Positions 23,802-37,267 of a stretch of 64,000 nt of DNA are shown here, piece after piece. Source of the stretch: Octopus vulgaris (lineage: Eukaryota); NCBI GenBank assembly GCA_951406725.2, contig OX597831.1:8990001-9054000 (forward strand), written 5' to 3'. The position numbers were made by a program, and so were the translations under genes. Position 1 is the first letter of the stretch; every line of letters begins with the position of its first letter. The notes beneath the pieces were generated by a model. That model saw only the letters and a list, made by a program, of their open reading frames with translations. It was not told the origin of the DNA and did no database searches.

Positions 23802-24690
23802 TACAGAGTGCGTAAGATATTTGGGCACAGATTTATGTTTATAAAAAAAGCCAGCTATATAATAACAGATAATAACTAATTTTATCAAAAATGCTCTGAG
23901 GATAAAAATAAAGATTCTTTTCTATGATGTTATTCAATAAGGCCACCATCATCTTCAACAACGCTCCACATGTTATAGGCCAAGGGTCTGAGATCTAGGG
24001 AATAAGGAGGTCAAATGTTAGGGGTTATAAGATCATGAAAACTTTCAGCCATCCATTCCTTTGTTACTAGAGCCGTGTGTAATAGGGAAGACTTTTACTG
24101 AAACACATATGACCTTCCATTGCATACACTGTCTATCCAGAGCTTAACAATTATTTCCAGTACCTCAATGTAGGCGGCAGAGTTAACTCTAAGTCATTGT
24201 GGAAAGAAGTCAGGAGGCATCGCATGTCCTTCATTGCTGACAACCCCTAAAACCATAACAGTTGCAGGAATTTTGTATGCATAACACTTGGAACTTCAGA
24301 AGGGTCTGCACATAACGATCTATCGTTTCTTCTGCTAACCTTTTGTTCTTGGTCGAAGTTTTTTTTGTTAGAGAAAAACCAAAACAAATCTTCTGCTGGA
24401 TTTTTCAGTCTGTTTAAGAGCTTTTTAGATCTGATGTAGTGATTTTCTTTTGCTTTTTTCTGACAAATTGACCTTTCGTCATCATATAAGACTTATATCT
24501 GATGTCTTCGTGGACAACTGTTCCTTTTGACACTTGGAAATCTTTTGCAATTGAACTCATGGACTTTCTGCGATTGTAGTCAGTGGTCAGTTGAGCTTGC
24601 TGGATAAATTCAGGTGTTCGGATGATTTTGGAGCATTTAGAACGATTTTTATGTTTTGATACTGGTGATACGTTTCCATCTTCAGTCTCT
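23802..24690 (-). mobile_element. DD37D (maT)-type Tc1/mariner transposase remnant
   Basis: FFSNKKNFDQ, NDR, PATVMVLGVVSNEG, NSAAYIEVL, YVFQ...WMAESF...PPYSLDLRPL with stops and frameshifts. Spacing from FQ to DL.PL is compatible with D37D. One end reads tacagagtgcgtaagata. Confidence 0.8.
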
Positions 24691-25272
24691 GTTTGCAGTT
24701 CCTAGAAATTTATTTACATTTAACAGTACTTTGTGAATTTAGCACTAAAACACACAGAGTTTTACTTTAAAATAGAAAAGCTGTCTTCTTATTTTTGTTC
24801 TCTGCTGTAATGATGAACAAGAGCGGCAGAACGATTGGCACCAAAGTATTTCCTCGTAAGCGGACTTTCTAAAATGCCTTCTGGGGCCATCTCACTCAAA
24901 TGGCTTTAACATCACATTCTGTCGGTTCTGTATTTTAACTATTTCTAAGTACCCACTGCGACATTGCTAGATATTGGTTAACCCTATAACGAGTTCATTC
25001 TTAACATTTCTGCTGTTTGTTCTGCTCGTATTCTCCTAGAGCATTCCCATTATGATAGCAAGTTATGAGGCAACAATCTGCTCTTCGAAGACACGAGCTT
25101 GTACGCCAGTTTTCTTAAATCACATATTAAGAAGAAGCACTAAGAGTCACCTTTCATGAACGCACTTAAATATATTCTTGCATAGATATTTAGTCACAGA
25201 GAAACATACACATATACACATAGACATACGAACATATATACAGATGTCTGTATGTATGCATATATATCTATA

Positions 25273-25326
<54 letters not shown>

Positions 25327-25431
25327 TTTACTGTATATATAATATATATTTATGTATATATGTATGTGTGTATATATATATATATATAGGTGTATATATA
25401 CTGTACATGTATGTATATATTTATGCATATG

Positions 25432-25467
<36 letters not shown>

Positions 25468-25510
25468 CATGCACACACATACACATATATATACTGTATA
25501 TGTATGTATA

Positions 25511-25552
<42 letters not shown>

Positions 25553-25908
25553 AGTGTGTATGGGTACATGATGACAAGGACAAGATTTATTTTTTGTATT
25601 TTTTGTCTCTATATTTCTTTCCTTATTCATCTATGTATTTGCATATTGCACGACATAACGGGCAAACGTTTTGGATTATCCTGGAGACATTATTATAATT
25701 CGTTCTAGAATATTCCACAGGGAAATAGATTTATTTCTTTATCAACAGCTATATAAACTCACAGGCATTCGACCTCTGACTAGTTTGATAAGTACCAAAG
25801 CACGAAACTCTCGGGCCTAGAGTCACTCTGTTCCGCTAAATATTAATAAAAGGATAGTTATACTCCTATTTTCAGGTCTATCTCTCCTGTTTGCACCAAC
25901 ATACCTAT

Positions 25909-25939
<31 letters not shown>

Positions 25940-26106
25940 TACATATATATATACACAGCAGAAAACTGCATGCGCATATACACATATGCATACACATGCA
26001 TATTCCTTACCACACACGTATGCAAACGCATATACACATACATGTAATTTTTTTTAATACGCAAAACAATACAACCACGCATGCATATAAAATATCTATT
26101 TATATA

Positions 26107-26500
26107 GGCGCAGGTGTGGCTGTGTAGTAAGAACCGTGCTCCCCAACCACATTGTCCCCAGTTCAGTCCCTCTGCGTGGCACCTTGGGCAAGTGTCTTCT
26201 ACTATAGCCTCGGGCCGACCAAAGCCTTGTGAGTGGATTTGGTAGACAGAAACTGAAAGGATTCCGTCGTATATATATATACATATATGTGTGTCTGTAT
26301 GTGTGAGTGTGAGTGTTTGTGTGTGTGTGTTTTCCCCACTATCGCTTGCCAACCGATGCTGGTGTGTTTACGTCCCCGTAACCTAGCAGTTCGGTAAAAG
26401 ATGCCGAAAGAATAAGTAGTTGGCATGCAAAGAATAAGATTAAAGGCCGTGTTCCAATCTAGCCGCAGGCAAAATGACTGAAACAAGTAAAAGAATAAAA
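26107..26500 (+). mobile_element. SINE family A
   Basis: Runs ggcgcaggtgtggctgtgtagtaag...aaatgactgaaacaagtaaaaga. Confidence 0.9.
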
Positions 26501-26526
26501 AAATATAACGAAAGTATATCTATCTC

Positions 26527-26592
<66 letters not shown>

Positions 26593-26608
26593 CATCTATC
26601 TATCTATC

Positions 26609-26657
<49 letters not shown>

Positions 26658-27687
26658 ATCTATCTATCTCTATATATATTTATACATACATAAACATTTA
26701 TATACATATATATATACATACATTTATATTATATATATACATATATATATATATACATATATTTATATTATATATTATACATACACATAAATATACACAC
26801 ACACACACACAAAAGTGTTTCTCTGTGTAATCTGTTTTCCTTCACTAAAGAGCCTAAAGTTACGTAACTCACATTTCCTCCTGCGTCCTATTCCTCATAT
26901 TTTCTGCATTAAAAGCATTTTAGTCCACAAAAAATTTCTCTAATTCACCATAAAATTGGCAAAAGGAGTGAATGGAATGAAAAAAACGCAACAGTAACAA
27001 CAACTACAACAAAAAACAGCAATATAAAGGATTTCAAACCACATCAAACAACGATGACAGAAAACAACAACAACAAGAACAGCATCAGCAGCGGCAGCAG
27101 CGGTAGTTGCAGGAGCAGCAGCAGCATCGCTGAAACTGCTGAAAGAATCTATAAAAACAACAATAATAACAACAATCAGAAACAACAAAGAAAGTTGAAC
27201 GACCTAAAATCCCGTCACCACCACCATCACCACCACAACCTCCAACACCACCTTCACGATCACCACGATCACTGCGATTATCCCCCCTCCCCACCAGAAT
27301 CAACACCACTACCGCCACCATCACCACCACCACCACCACCACCACCACCACCACCACGATCAGCCCGCTCCCACCATCATTGGTACTACTACCTACACCA
27401 CCGTAGCTCAATTACAAACGCCATAATAACCACCACTATCTCCAATACCAGCAAAGAACAACAAACAAAGCAACTAAAATACTATCAAATGGAACAAATT
27501 GTAAGACCGCCGCCGCCGCCGCCGCCACAGTCAACGATACAACAACAACAAACACTGCAACAACAATAAAATTCAGCAATAACAACTACAAATATTAAAA
27601 GAAGTTTTTTTCATAATTCCAAAATTTAAAACACGAAACAGATTCACAGCACTATGCACTGGTTCTTGCTTACGCATGTATGGCGCT

Positions 27688-27755
<68 letters not shown>

Positions 27756-27882
27756 TGTGTGCGTGTGTGTTTGTTTGCGTGTGCGTATAGATAGTTATGT
27801 ATATATAGATATATGTATGCATATATATGTATATATATCGATATATAAATATACATACACATATGTGTATACACACACACAC

Positions 27883-27928
<46 letters not shown>

Positions 27929-28046
27929 ATATGTATATAAATGTATGTATGTGTATGTATATATATATATATTATATGTATTGGTAAAAACGGTAAGATA
28001 ACAAAAGAAAGAAAGAGACCTCAATATTATGTAAATAGAGGAAATT

Positions 28047-28221
28047 TATCTGTAAATATAATATGTGACAATTATTCGGTAGCCAAGATAAAACTCTGAG
28101 TTTCGGATGCCGAGGTGGAAATCCACACCACCATCTCTTCAGGTGGATTTACACCTCGGCATCCGAAACTCAGAGTTTAACTTGGCTACCCAATAACTGT
28201 CACATATTAGTTTTACAGATA
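28047..28221. repeat. Inverted repeat (~80 bp arms, 16 bp spacer)
   Basis: 28047-28126 vs 28143-28221. Confidence 0.92.
28090..28142 (-). ncRNA. Hammerhead ribozyme core (helix I 5' strand lost at the inversion junction)
   Basis: CUGAAGA-gatg...catcc-GAAAC-tcaga-GUU. Confidence 0.55.
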
Positions 28222-28888
28222 TATATTATATGTATGTATAAACAGGTGTTTATATATAAGCATACATATATATATATATATATCTATTTTTGTGTAAATA
28301 CATATATGTAAATATGCATGCATACATACATGTATAAATACATATAAAAATTTATATAAATATATATAAATACATATATAAATTTATATAAATATATATA
28401 AATTATATTTCTATAAACTTCTATATTGATCTACTTCATTTCAATTTATTTATTTAGTTAATTTAATCTGGGTTTTACCATTCCATGGAAGAAATCCATG
28501 GCAACAGCAACTTTCACTTTCCATTTTGACTGTCTTTCCATTTGTATTTTTCATTTTATTAGAAAAAAAAAGAGAGAAATCAAAACAAACGAAAAACAGC
28601 CACCCTAGAAGCCAGACATTTCCATTAAGCACGGATTTATTTAGTTATATCAAAGAACTGGCGAATGATTTTTGGCTTTCACAGCCTCCTGCTTCCATTT
28701 CACGCTATCCATCAAAAATGGTTTGGACACAGAATATGTCTTATAACCGCAAGGGATATGTATTTCATTCGTTCTTCCTTTTTGAGGCTCACATTTACGT
28801 GTACAGTTTTGTTTTTATTTAGGAATGTGTGCTTCTGCATGTATGTATATATGTATGGTGTTTATGCATGTATAAACATGCGAGAATA

Positions 28889-29118
28889 TACGAGGTGAGT
28901 TCAAAAAGTAGCCACGTTTATTTTCCGGCCAAAACTAATGTCACGTAGACAAAATCTATTGGGTAGGAAGTGACGCTACTCTTTCTACGCATGCGTGAAA
29001 GTATTCGCGCCTGTAAGCCGCGTCAGTTCATAGCTGTTACACCTAGAGTACAGTCCTGTAGTGCTCGTTTGTCGGATTTTCGTTTTCACGCAATATGACC
29101 GAATGCATCGAGCAGAGA
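28889..29118 (+). mobile_element. Mariner-like transposon 5' end
   Basis: TA-CGAGGTGAGTTCAAAAAGT terminal sequence and transposase start MTECIEQR, then truncated. Confidence 0.6.
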
Positions 29119-29537
29119 CCATAAACCTAAGTCTTATCACAAATGCTGATGGCCTTCATGAAGTCCAAGTCGTGGTTTGCACAGTCCAGCTTGTCCTGAA
29201 TTGTTTCTGCTGCTTTGCCAGCACCTTGGCAATATATATGTCATCTTTAATCGGAAGCAGGACATTTGTAAACTCTGGCCGAAACCTTGGATACACCATC
29301 CGCCACGACAATTCCAACGTATCCGTTCCATTGCTATTCGCAATTAATAAAAGTCTTGTCGATGCAGTCCACCTTGGATTCTTTTTTCTCAGGGAGACGA
29401 AAAGCAAAAAAAGGAGGTTAAATATCGAAGTAGTAAGACTTTTGATGTGGAATAGAAAATGAGCGGCTAAAAATATTAATTTGCCTGGCATCGCGTTAGA
29501 TAAGTTATTTCATTTTAATAAAATATTTCACTATATA

Positions 29538-29853
29538 GGCGTAGGAGTGGCTGTGTGGTAAGTAGCTGGCTTACCAACCACATGGTTCCGGGTTCAATCC
29601 CAATGTGTTGCACCTTGGGAAAGTGTCTTCTAGTATAGTGTAAATGTTTGTGTGTCTGTGTTTGTCCCCCAACATCGCTTGAAACTGATGCTGGTGTGTT
29701 TACGTCCCCGTAACTTAGCGGTTCAGCAAAAGAAACCGATAGAATAAGTACTAGGCTTACAAAGAATAAGTACTGGGGTTGATTTGCTCGACTAAAGGCA
29801 GTACTCCAGCATGGCCACAGTCAAATGACTGAAACAAGTAGAATAGTAAAGAG
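29538..29853 (+). mobile_element. SINE family A with internal deletion
   Basis: Head and tail present; the central gccttgtgagtggatttggtagacgg block is missing. Confidence 0.88.
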
Positions 29854-30874
29854 TATATAGAGTAATGACTTGGCACCAAATAATACAAAATTTATTTGAA
29901 CAATTCTGTTGAATCTGGTTGAAAAATACTTGTTTTGGTTGAAAAATACATATATATGTATGCATCGATAAACACACACATCCACGCGTGCACAAACATA
30001 CATAGGTACACTAAATATTCTATTATATGAATTAATTTTCAGAAAAGTCGAGAACATTCTTAACAATGGCTTCGCATTTCATACCATAATTTTCCGAAAT
30101 TGTCAGGAAGCAATTTGATGTCTCTTCACTAAAATCTTATGTCGAATCGAATTATTTTTCAAGAAGAATTCAAAATAATTTTATCAACGATTATGTGTCG
30201 TGTCTATCGAAAACTTACAAATTATTGCAATACTAGAAATGCTGAAAAATTTTCCTTGTGATATACGTTTGTTCAGTAAATCTTGAACTATGTACTATTT
30301 TAATGTAAAATGAAATATATTCTTTACAATGGTTCGATAGGAATCTATTTGTACTTAGGATATAACATCTCCGATATATAAAGTTGGATATATAAGTATA
30401 TGCCTGACATGAAATACGTAATCACGATGCGACAATCACTCTACTGTAAGTATAATGGCTGGAAGGCGAGCGACGGAAGTGCAGTTATAATCTTGGTCAA
30501 AATGAATTTGGATACCTGCTATCTATATTTACATTCTACTTTTAAGTCTTGCTAATGCTCTGTTTGCTTGTGATCGATCTGTGGTTCGGATAACAAATAC
30601 CAATAATAATTCAATGTAGCGATCAATTTGATTTGCCGCAAATCAGAAGATGTCAGTCTTTAACACCGACGTTTTGTACCCAATTATATTTATACGTACC
30701 ATTCCCCTTAACAACAACCGTTGATAGGAGAGATCTAATGGATGAACAACGCTGGTCTTTCATACAAGCTTGCCCGTTTCTGCATCATGGGGAAGGACTC
30801 ATCAGTGCTGGTTCGCTAAGCTCGTCTCACAGAGAATAGAGTAAAACTTTCTAGAAATAGGAACGAAATATATT

Positions 30875-31070
30875 GTTTCCTTTCACCTCAATGCCATGGC
30901 CTGTGATTTGGGGAGTGGGAGCGAGTCGATTAGACCAACCCCAGTAGTCAGCTGCTACTTATTGTATCGACATCAGAAGGAAGAAAAGCAAAGTTGACGT
31001 TGGCGGCATTTTGAAAACGGAACTTCAAACCGGAAGCAATATCGCCAAGCATTTTGTCCGATGTGCTAAC
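30875..31070 (-). mobile_element. SINE family B (diverged)
   Basis: Reads gagtcgattagaccaaccccagta...aaagcaaagttgacgttggcggcattttgaa...aagcattttgtccgatgtgctaacg. Confidence 0.7.
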
Positions 31071-31151
31071 GTAAGTTTAGGAGGCATCTAGAGGCTAAAG
31101 ATTACACATGCCTGCATACCTACACGCACTCGTATACACATAAACAGATAG

Positions 31152-31182
<31 letters not shown>

Positions 31183-31263
31183 CGTACGTATGTATATATG
31201 CATGTGTTTATATCTATGTCTATTCATCTATCTACATATATGGACAAATTCTTATGCATATGG

Positions 31264-31333
<70 letters not shown>

Positions 31334-31835
31334 ATGTGTGTTTGTGTGTGTGTGTGTTTGTGTGTGCATACACACAACTCTGTGTTTATTATCAAATTAT
31401 AAATGCATACACACATACGCATATACACTCATACGCATATACACATTAATATAAATGAACACATATGCATATACACTCACACCACATACACACAGGCGCG
31501 CGCATACCCCCACCCACCACACACACACACACACACACACACATACGAGCTAAGCCAACGTGAAAGAAAACTTCTCTGTTCGAGTCAAAATTTATGCAAC
31601 ACTGTAGTGTTTATGAATAAACATATCACAATATTCTAAATGTGCAGACTTGGATATCAGGAAATATTTCGCATGATCATATCTATAACAAATTCGTTGG
31701 CTGAACGTTTGAAAAATAAAATGAAACAAAATAAATAAAATAAATGAATAAATAAGAAAATAAATAGAATTTCTTAGAATTTATTTTGCTGTTCAATTGT
31801 CAGCCGAAAACCAAACTTTTAAATCGCTGTTGTCG

Positions 31836-31841
31836 TTATTA

Positions 31842-31903
<62 letters not shown>

Positions 31904-32064
31904 CATTATTATTATTATTATCATTATTATTATTATTATCATTATTATTATTATCATTATTATTATTATCATCATTATTATTATTATTATTATTATTATC
32001 ATTATTATTATTATCATTATTATTATCATTATTATTATTATCATTATTATTATCATTATTATTA

Positions 32065-32095
<31 letters not shown>

Positions 32096-32277
32096 CATCA
32101 TCATCATCATCATCATCATTCACCATCATCGTCATCATCATCATTATTATCATTATTATTATTATTATTATTATTATCATCATTATTATTATCATTATTA
32201 TTATTATCATCATCATCATCATTATTATCATTATTGTTGTTGTTGTTGTTGTTGCTGTTGTTATTGTCGTCGTCGTT
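31836..32277. repeat. Compound (ATT)/(ATC)/(GTT) microsatellite
   Basis: Direct inspection. Similar (AAT)n tracts lie at 118-230, 41371-41572, 43250-43626, 45949-46123 and 60645-60754. Confidence 0.97.
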
Positions 32278-32329
32278 CCAGTTGTTGGTGTTTTTTTGTG
32301 GTTATTTTATCGTCATGAATGGAAATTTA

Positions 32330-32570
32330 TTTTATATATGGAAATTTTGTGAAATGTTGAATATTTTTCGGTCAATAATCATTTGAATGGAAGCAAGAAT
32401 ATTCATTGTTGATATGAATTTGCAAATAATGGAGGAGATTTTGAAGAAGATGTTATTGTCAGTAAGAGACATAATTTTCCAGAAGTAAGATGGAAATAAA
32501 GAACTTATTGCCAAACGAGACCAATTGTATATAAGGGTTTGGTTATTCCATGTAATCGAAGACATTTCTC
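32330..32570 (-). pseudogene. Degraded Penelope-like linker remnant
   Basis: ITWNNQ...ICKFISTMNILASIQ..DRKI weakly resembles the IIWFNPP...KISYS.M.NIASII region. Confidence 0.3.
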
Positions 32571-33398
32571 ATAATAAATTATTCAAGAGAAACGACGGCC
32601 GAAATGTGCATGATGTTGGCTGATTTTTGAAGACTGGTTAGAACCAAGTAGCTAACTCTTTCTCAGATCTCATGATTTTGTCGAAAAATGTGAAAGGAGG
32701 CGGAGAATAATGTGCTCCTGGATGAAACATTGTTTAAAAGGAAGATGGTGGTGATCACTTTGTAAACTCTGGTTTTTTTTTCATTTCGGTTGGCCTGGGT
32801 AAAACAAACAGAATGTGGGTAGATAGATGCAGAATTTTCAGCGGAGCGGCGTCTAGGCAGGAGGGTCATCTAAAATTTGTTTTGTGCAATAATGTACTTC
32901 AGATTACCTTTACTAAGATTGGCGGTAAATGAGAAATGAATTGTGAAAGTTAAAATAGGCGGGAAAATGAGAGGGAGAGAGAGAGAGAGAGAGAGAGAGT
33001 GTGTGTGTGTTATTTAGAGAGCAAGAATGAGTGGGCGAGGGAATGGAAGGGCGTGAAAGAGAGAGAGAGAGAGATAAAGAGAAAAAAGAGACAGAGAGAG
33101 AGAGCAAGGGGAATAGATTTAAAGAGAGAAAAAGAAGCAACGATATTGCAAAGGAATGGTGGTTTATATGAAGACAAATTCACAAGAGGAGACTTTTCCG
33201 GTTTAAAAGGACAGAAAGATATGGGGAATTGCCGTCATGATGGCACTATCCAAAGTTCGGACACACACACCGATTTCCTCGAGAGATTTACTTCACTCTT
33301 TCTGTCACCCTCTTTTCAAATTATACAAGTGTTACTGACGCAGGCCAGCAAAACTCTCTTTGGATACATTTTGGTGAAAAAGAGGGCATGAAGCTATT

Positions 33399-33803
33399 AT
33401 TGTTTCATGCTAATTCATTTTATTAAAACCTGTAAGTATTACATCAGTTTTAAAATGTCGAGCAATCTTCAGCCACATATAGAATTTTTCAATTAAACGG
33501 ACAATGCACATTCCTATACTTATTTCATTTGCCACCATTACGAAGAGGGTAGATATATAGACAGAGAAGTTAATTTCACCTGTCAGACGGGGAATGAACA
33601 TATTACCATCATGTGTTTAATGATGAAATTAACTTCTCTGTTTATATACCTATTCTCTTTGTAATGTTAGCAAATGAAATAAGTATAAGAATGTGCATTG
33701 TCCGTTTAATTGAAAAATTCTATATGTGACTGAAGATTGCTCGACATTTTAAAACTGATGTAATACCTACAGGTTTTAATATAATGAAGTAGCATGAAAC
33801 AAT
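33399..33803. repeat. Inverted repeat (~180 bp arms, ~45 bp spacer)
   Basis: 33399-33578 vs 33624-33803, roughly 90% identical by eye. Confidence 0.92.
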
Positions 33804-33812
33804 TGTACTACT
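33724..33812 (+). ncRNA. Type I hammerhead motif, partly degenerate
   Basis: CUGAAGA-ttgct...agcat-GAAAC-aatt-GUA; palindromic ACAATTGT; helix I imperfect. Confidence 0.6.
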
Positions 33813-33843
33813 CTACCTTGGATATCCTTGTTGCTTATTTTGA

Positions 33844-33885
<42 letters not shown>

Positions 33886-35024
33886 GGGGAGGGAGGATGA
33901 GAGATAAATAGATAGAGGCAGAAAGGGAGAAAGAATGAGAAAGGAGCAGAAAGAAACGGATATACAGAAAGAAAGGGCCATAAAAAGAGAGGGTAAGAAA
34001 AGAAAGCATGATCTTGAACAAAAAGGGTTAGAGAGTCAACATGCTTTATTGCCATGTTGTTTACAGAGTACTCAACAGGAGGCATTGCTTGTAATTAGTG
34101 ACTAATCGTGGTCTCCTTTTGATAGTTTGATATTAGCTCCCGAGAATAATTAGGCTCTAACCTAGCTCCATACCCCTGTTGCATACCGGGAAATCATGCA
34201 AAAAAAAAGGGTCCCCATTATATTGAATAACATCCTGAAACAGCATAGAAATGGTATGTAATATCTAACGGCGTTCTTATTGAAACCCTATCTACCCACA
34301 GAATTAAAAATATTAGCCTATGTTCAACAATAAATAGAGGATAGGGATAATAGGAAAGGCTCGTAAGTAATTTTTTGTTCAGCGACTTCGAGTATTGAAT
34401 AAACTGATCAAATTTACTGCCTAATAACAATATAGCAACGAAAATGAGTTTATTACATGGGAGGGGGGGGGGGGTTCAGCTCAACTACTTACGTATATGA
34501 AAATATTTTCGGTGGAACCTCTTCACAAACTAATTGGTCGCCTCAATGATTATAAAACATTAAACGTAGCCGAACCAGTTGGATATGAGAAGGAGGTTTG
34601 CAGAAAACGACAAATGACGTCATCGACTGCAGCGCATTTTATTCACTTAATTATTTTTATATTATATATTTTTCCTACCGTTTTACATTGATTTTTTTTT
34701 TTAAAGTTTGTGGAGGAGAGATGATTTATTTGTTGGAATAATTATTTCTGCAGCTGAATGCTTGACTTGCTGAGAGTCAGTCAATTGTGAAGTAGGAGTG
34801 GAACGTGTCTTTAATCAGTTACACAAATTAAACAAGCAGAACTGAATGCTTCTATCCAACATGGTGTATAACGATGGCTGCTATACGAGTAAATATATAT
34901 ATTTCCGTTGTGGTTTGATTAAAAAATGAAGAATAAAGCTAGTTATATCTCTGTAGGATCTTCGAAACTCCGGGGGAAAAAAATGAAAAACGTATGATGC
35001 CTGTTTTTCTGCTGTAGGAACGGT

Positions 35025-35079
<55 letters not shown>

Positions 35080-35214
35080 TTTTTTTTTTTTTCTCAGACC
35101 TGATCCAAATAAGGTTGATAAAAGAAGGGCATTTAAAGTTAATGATCTTATTCCGAATGATGTATTAGATGTCCAACCAACAATACGTAGAACTTGCATG
35201 ACCAGCTATTTTTT

Positions 35215-35613
35215 TTTTCTTTTTTTCTTTTACTTATTCCAGACATTGGACTGTGGCCATTCTGGGGCACTGCCTTGAAGGGATTAGTCAAGGAAATCAG
35301 CCGCACCACTTGTTTGTCATATCTGGAACTTAATCTGTCGGTTTCTTTTTCCTAAATGCTAGATAACAGGGACGTAAACAAACTATGAACAACGGTTGTT
35401 AAGCGATAATAGGGAGACAAACACAAAGGGACACACTGCTACACATTTATATATGCCGTAATTCCACTCAGTTTTCGTAAACCAAATTTCTTCACAAGGC
35501 ATTGTTCAATCCGTGGTTATAATAGAAGCCGCCTGCCCAAGATGCCGCTCAGTTGTACTGAACCGAAAACCGTGTGGATGAACAGAATTTCCTGAAGCAC
35601 GCAGCCATGCCCG
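35215..35613 (-). mobile_element. Old diverged SINE family A copy
   Basis: Degenerate tail (gactgtggccattctggggcactgcc), core and head are recognisable. Confidence 0.7.
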
Positions 35614-36597
35614 TACTTTAAGTTTTGGTGTTAGTCCTACTAAGTAAGCAAACGCTTGCCCAAGATGAGGCAGAGATGGGTTGAAATCAAAAGCAAACGG
35701 TCATACTTAAACCCGTTTACCAATCTGCTGCCATACCTTCATTGTGTTTGTATTTGTAACCACGTGGTCTGCAGTCATATCTTGACAATCAGCATGCTCC
35801 TCAGCCAGAATGAAGAATCTCGCAGCCATTCTGTCTCTATGATAATAATTAACTCATAACTTAGAAAGAAAATAGGTTCCAAAGAGTTAAAAATAATAAA
35901 GTAGAAATAGAAAAAAAAACACTGATTATTGTAAGTCTCTTTCCAACGTAATAAATGCAAAGCGAGTAAAGTATATCTGATAACCAAAACTAACGTGTTT
36001 CGGTTAGGAAATTTTATCTCACCGTGAGAGATCATCTTACATTGTAAACTGTTTGAAATGGAGAAATTTTCTTAATGCTTTCATTAAGTTAACAATTTTC
36101 TGTAGCAATTTTGTTGGGTCACTTCTATTACAAGATTTACTGCGAGCTGCGTACAGTTGTATCGTGTAAAATAGGAATTCGTAACTGATTTGAAGGACCC
36201 AACAGTGATATGGAGATTTTGTCTTCAAAATTGCGACGCAAAAATAATAACGTTGAGATAATGTGAAAACACAAGAAGGGAAGTGCAAATTCTTTGGATA
36301 CAAAACATAACATACATCTCAGATTACATTGTATATTGTGGAGGACTGCAGAGACTAGAGCTGATAGTAGAGAAAAAGAGCATTTAAAATTTATGGCTGG
36401 AAATGAGATATTTTGCTGAAAATATGAGTGCGCGGCGTTGAAATGAAATATATGGCCAATAAGATGAAGATTCAATATTGCTATGCACTCACGCGCGTGT
36501 AAATGTACGCATGTGCATATGTTTTCATGAGTGCATGTATATACGTATATAATCTAAAACACAAGGCAAAGGAAGAGTTAATTACATCTTTAATGAC

Positions 36598-36715
36598 CTG
36601 CTACAATTGTTTCTGTACCAACTCTGTTTTCAAGGCCAGTCCGCACAAAAGTTCCGTACGAAAAGTTACGTAATGTTTGCGGTGTTAAACTGTGGAGCGG
36701 CACGTCTTCAGGCTT
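36598..36715 (-). ncRNA. Type I hammerhead motif with long loop II
   Basis: CUGAAGA-cgtgcc...ggtaca-GAAAC-aatt-GUA-gc; helix I weak. Confidence 0.55.
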
Positions 36716-37267
36716 GAATCAAAGTTGCGCTCTTACACGATGTGTCATCCAAGCGTTGTGCCTTGCATGTATCGGGAGGACACACTATGTATAAATAAAT
36801 GGAATTAAAAATAAAATTGTGAAATGACGGACGGGGCAAACACGATGTTAATAACAAAACAAATAAAAAAAATATGGTTTGGAGAGGAACAAGACGATAA
36901 AAGAGGACGAAGGAGGAGAAACTGAAGAGGAAGAAGAAAGAACAAGAAAGAGAAAGAGAAAACCAATAGGGAAAAGAAGAAAAGAAAGAAGAGGAAGTAT
37001 AAGATGTAAAGGGTAAGACGATCTAATAACAAGTAACAACACCGTCGCCGGCTCCGATCATTAATGGATGAGTGAGTAAAATAGTATTGGCGTAGAGCGG
37101 TGAACTATAAATATCTAGTAATACTAAGAATGATAATGAAGATGATGATGATGATGATGATAATAACATTAATAATAACTTTAGTAGTAGTAGTAGTAGT
37201 CGTAGTAGCGGCAGCGGCTATTGTAGTAATAATAATAGCAACAATAATCTACACTCATATATATATG

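Noticed and set aside
27054-27569. His/Pro/Gln-rich ORF (and 43910-44507) resembling a transcription-factor low-complexity exon
   Set aside because: Degenerate CAC/CAA/CAG trinucleotide repeats open in several frames on both strands, with no domain or splice evidence.
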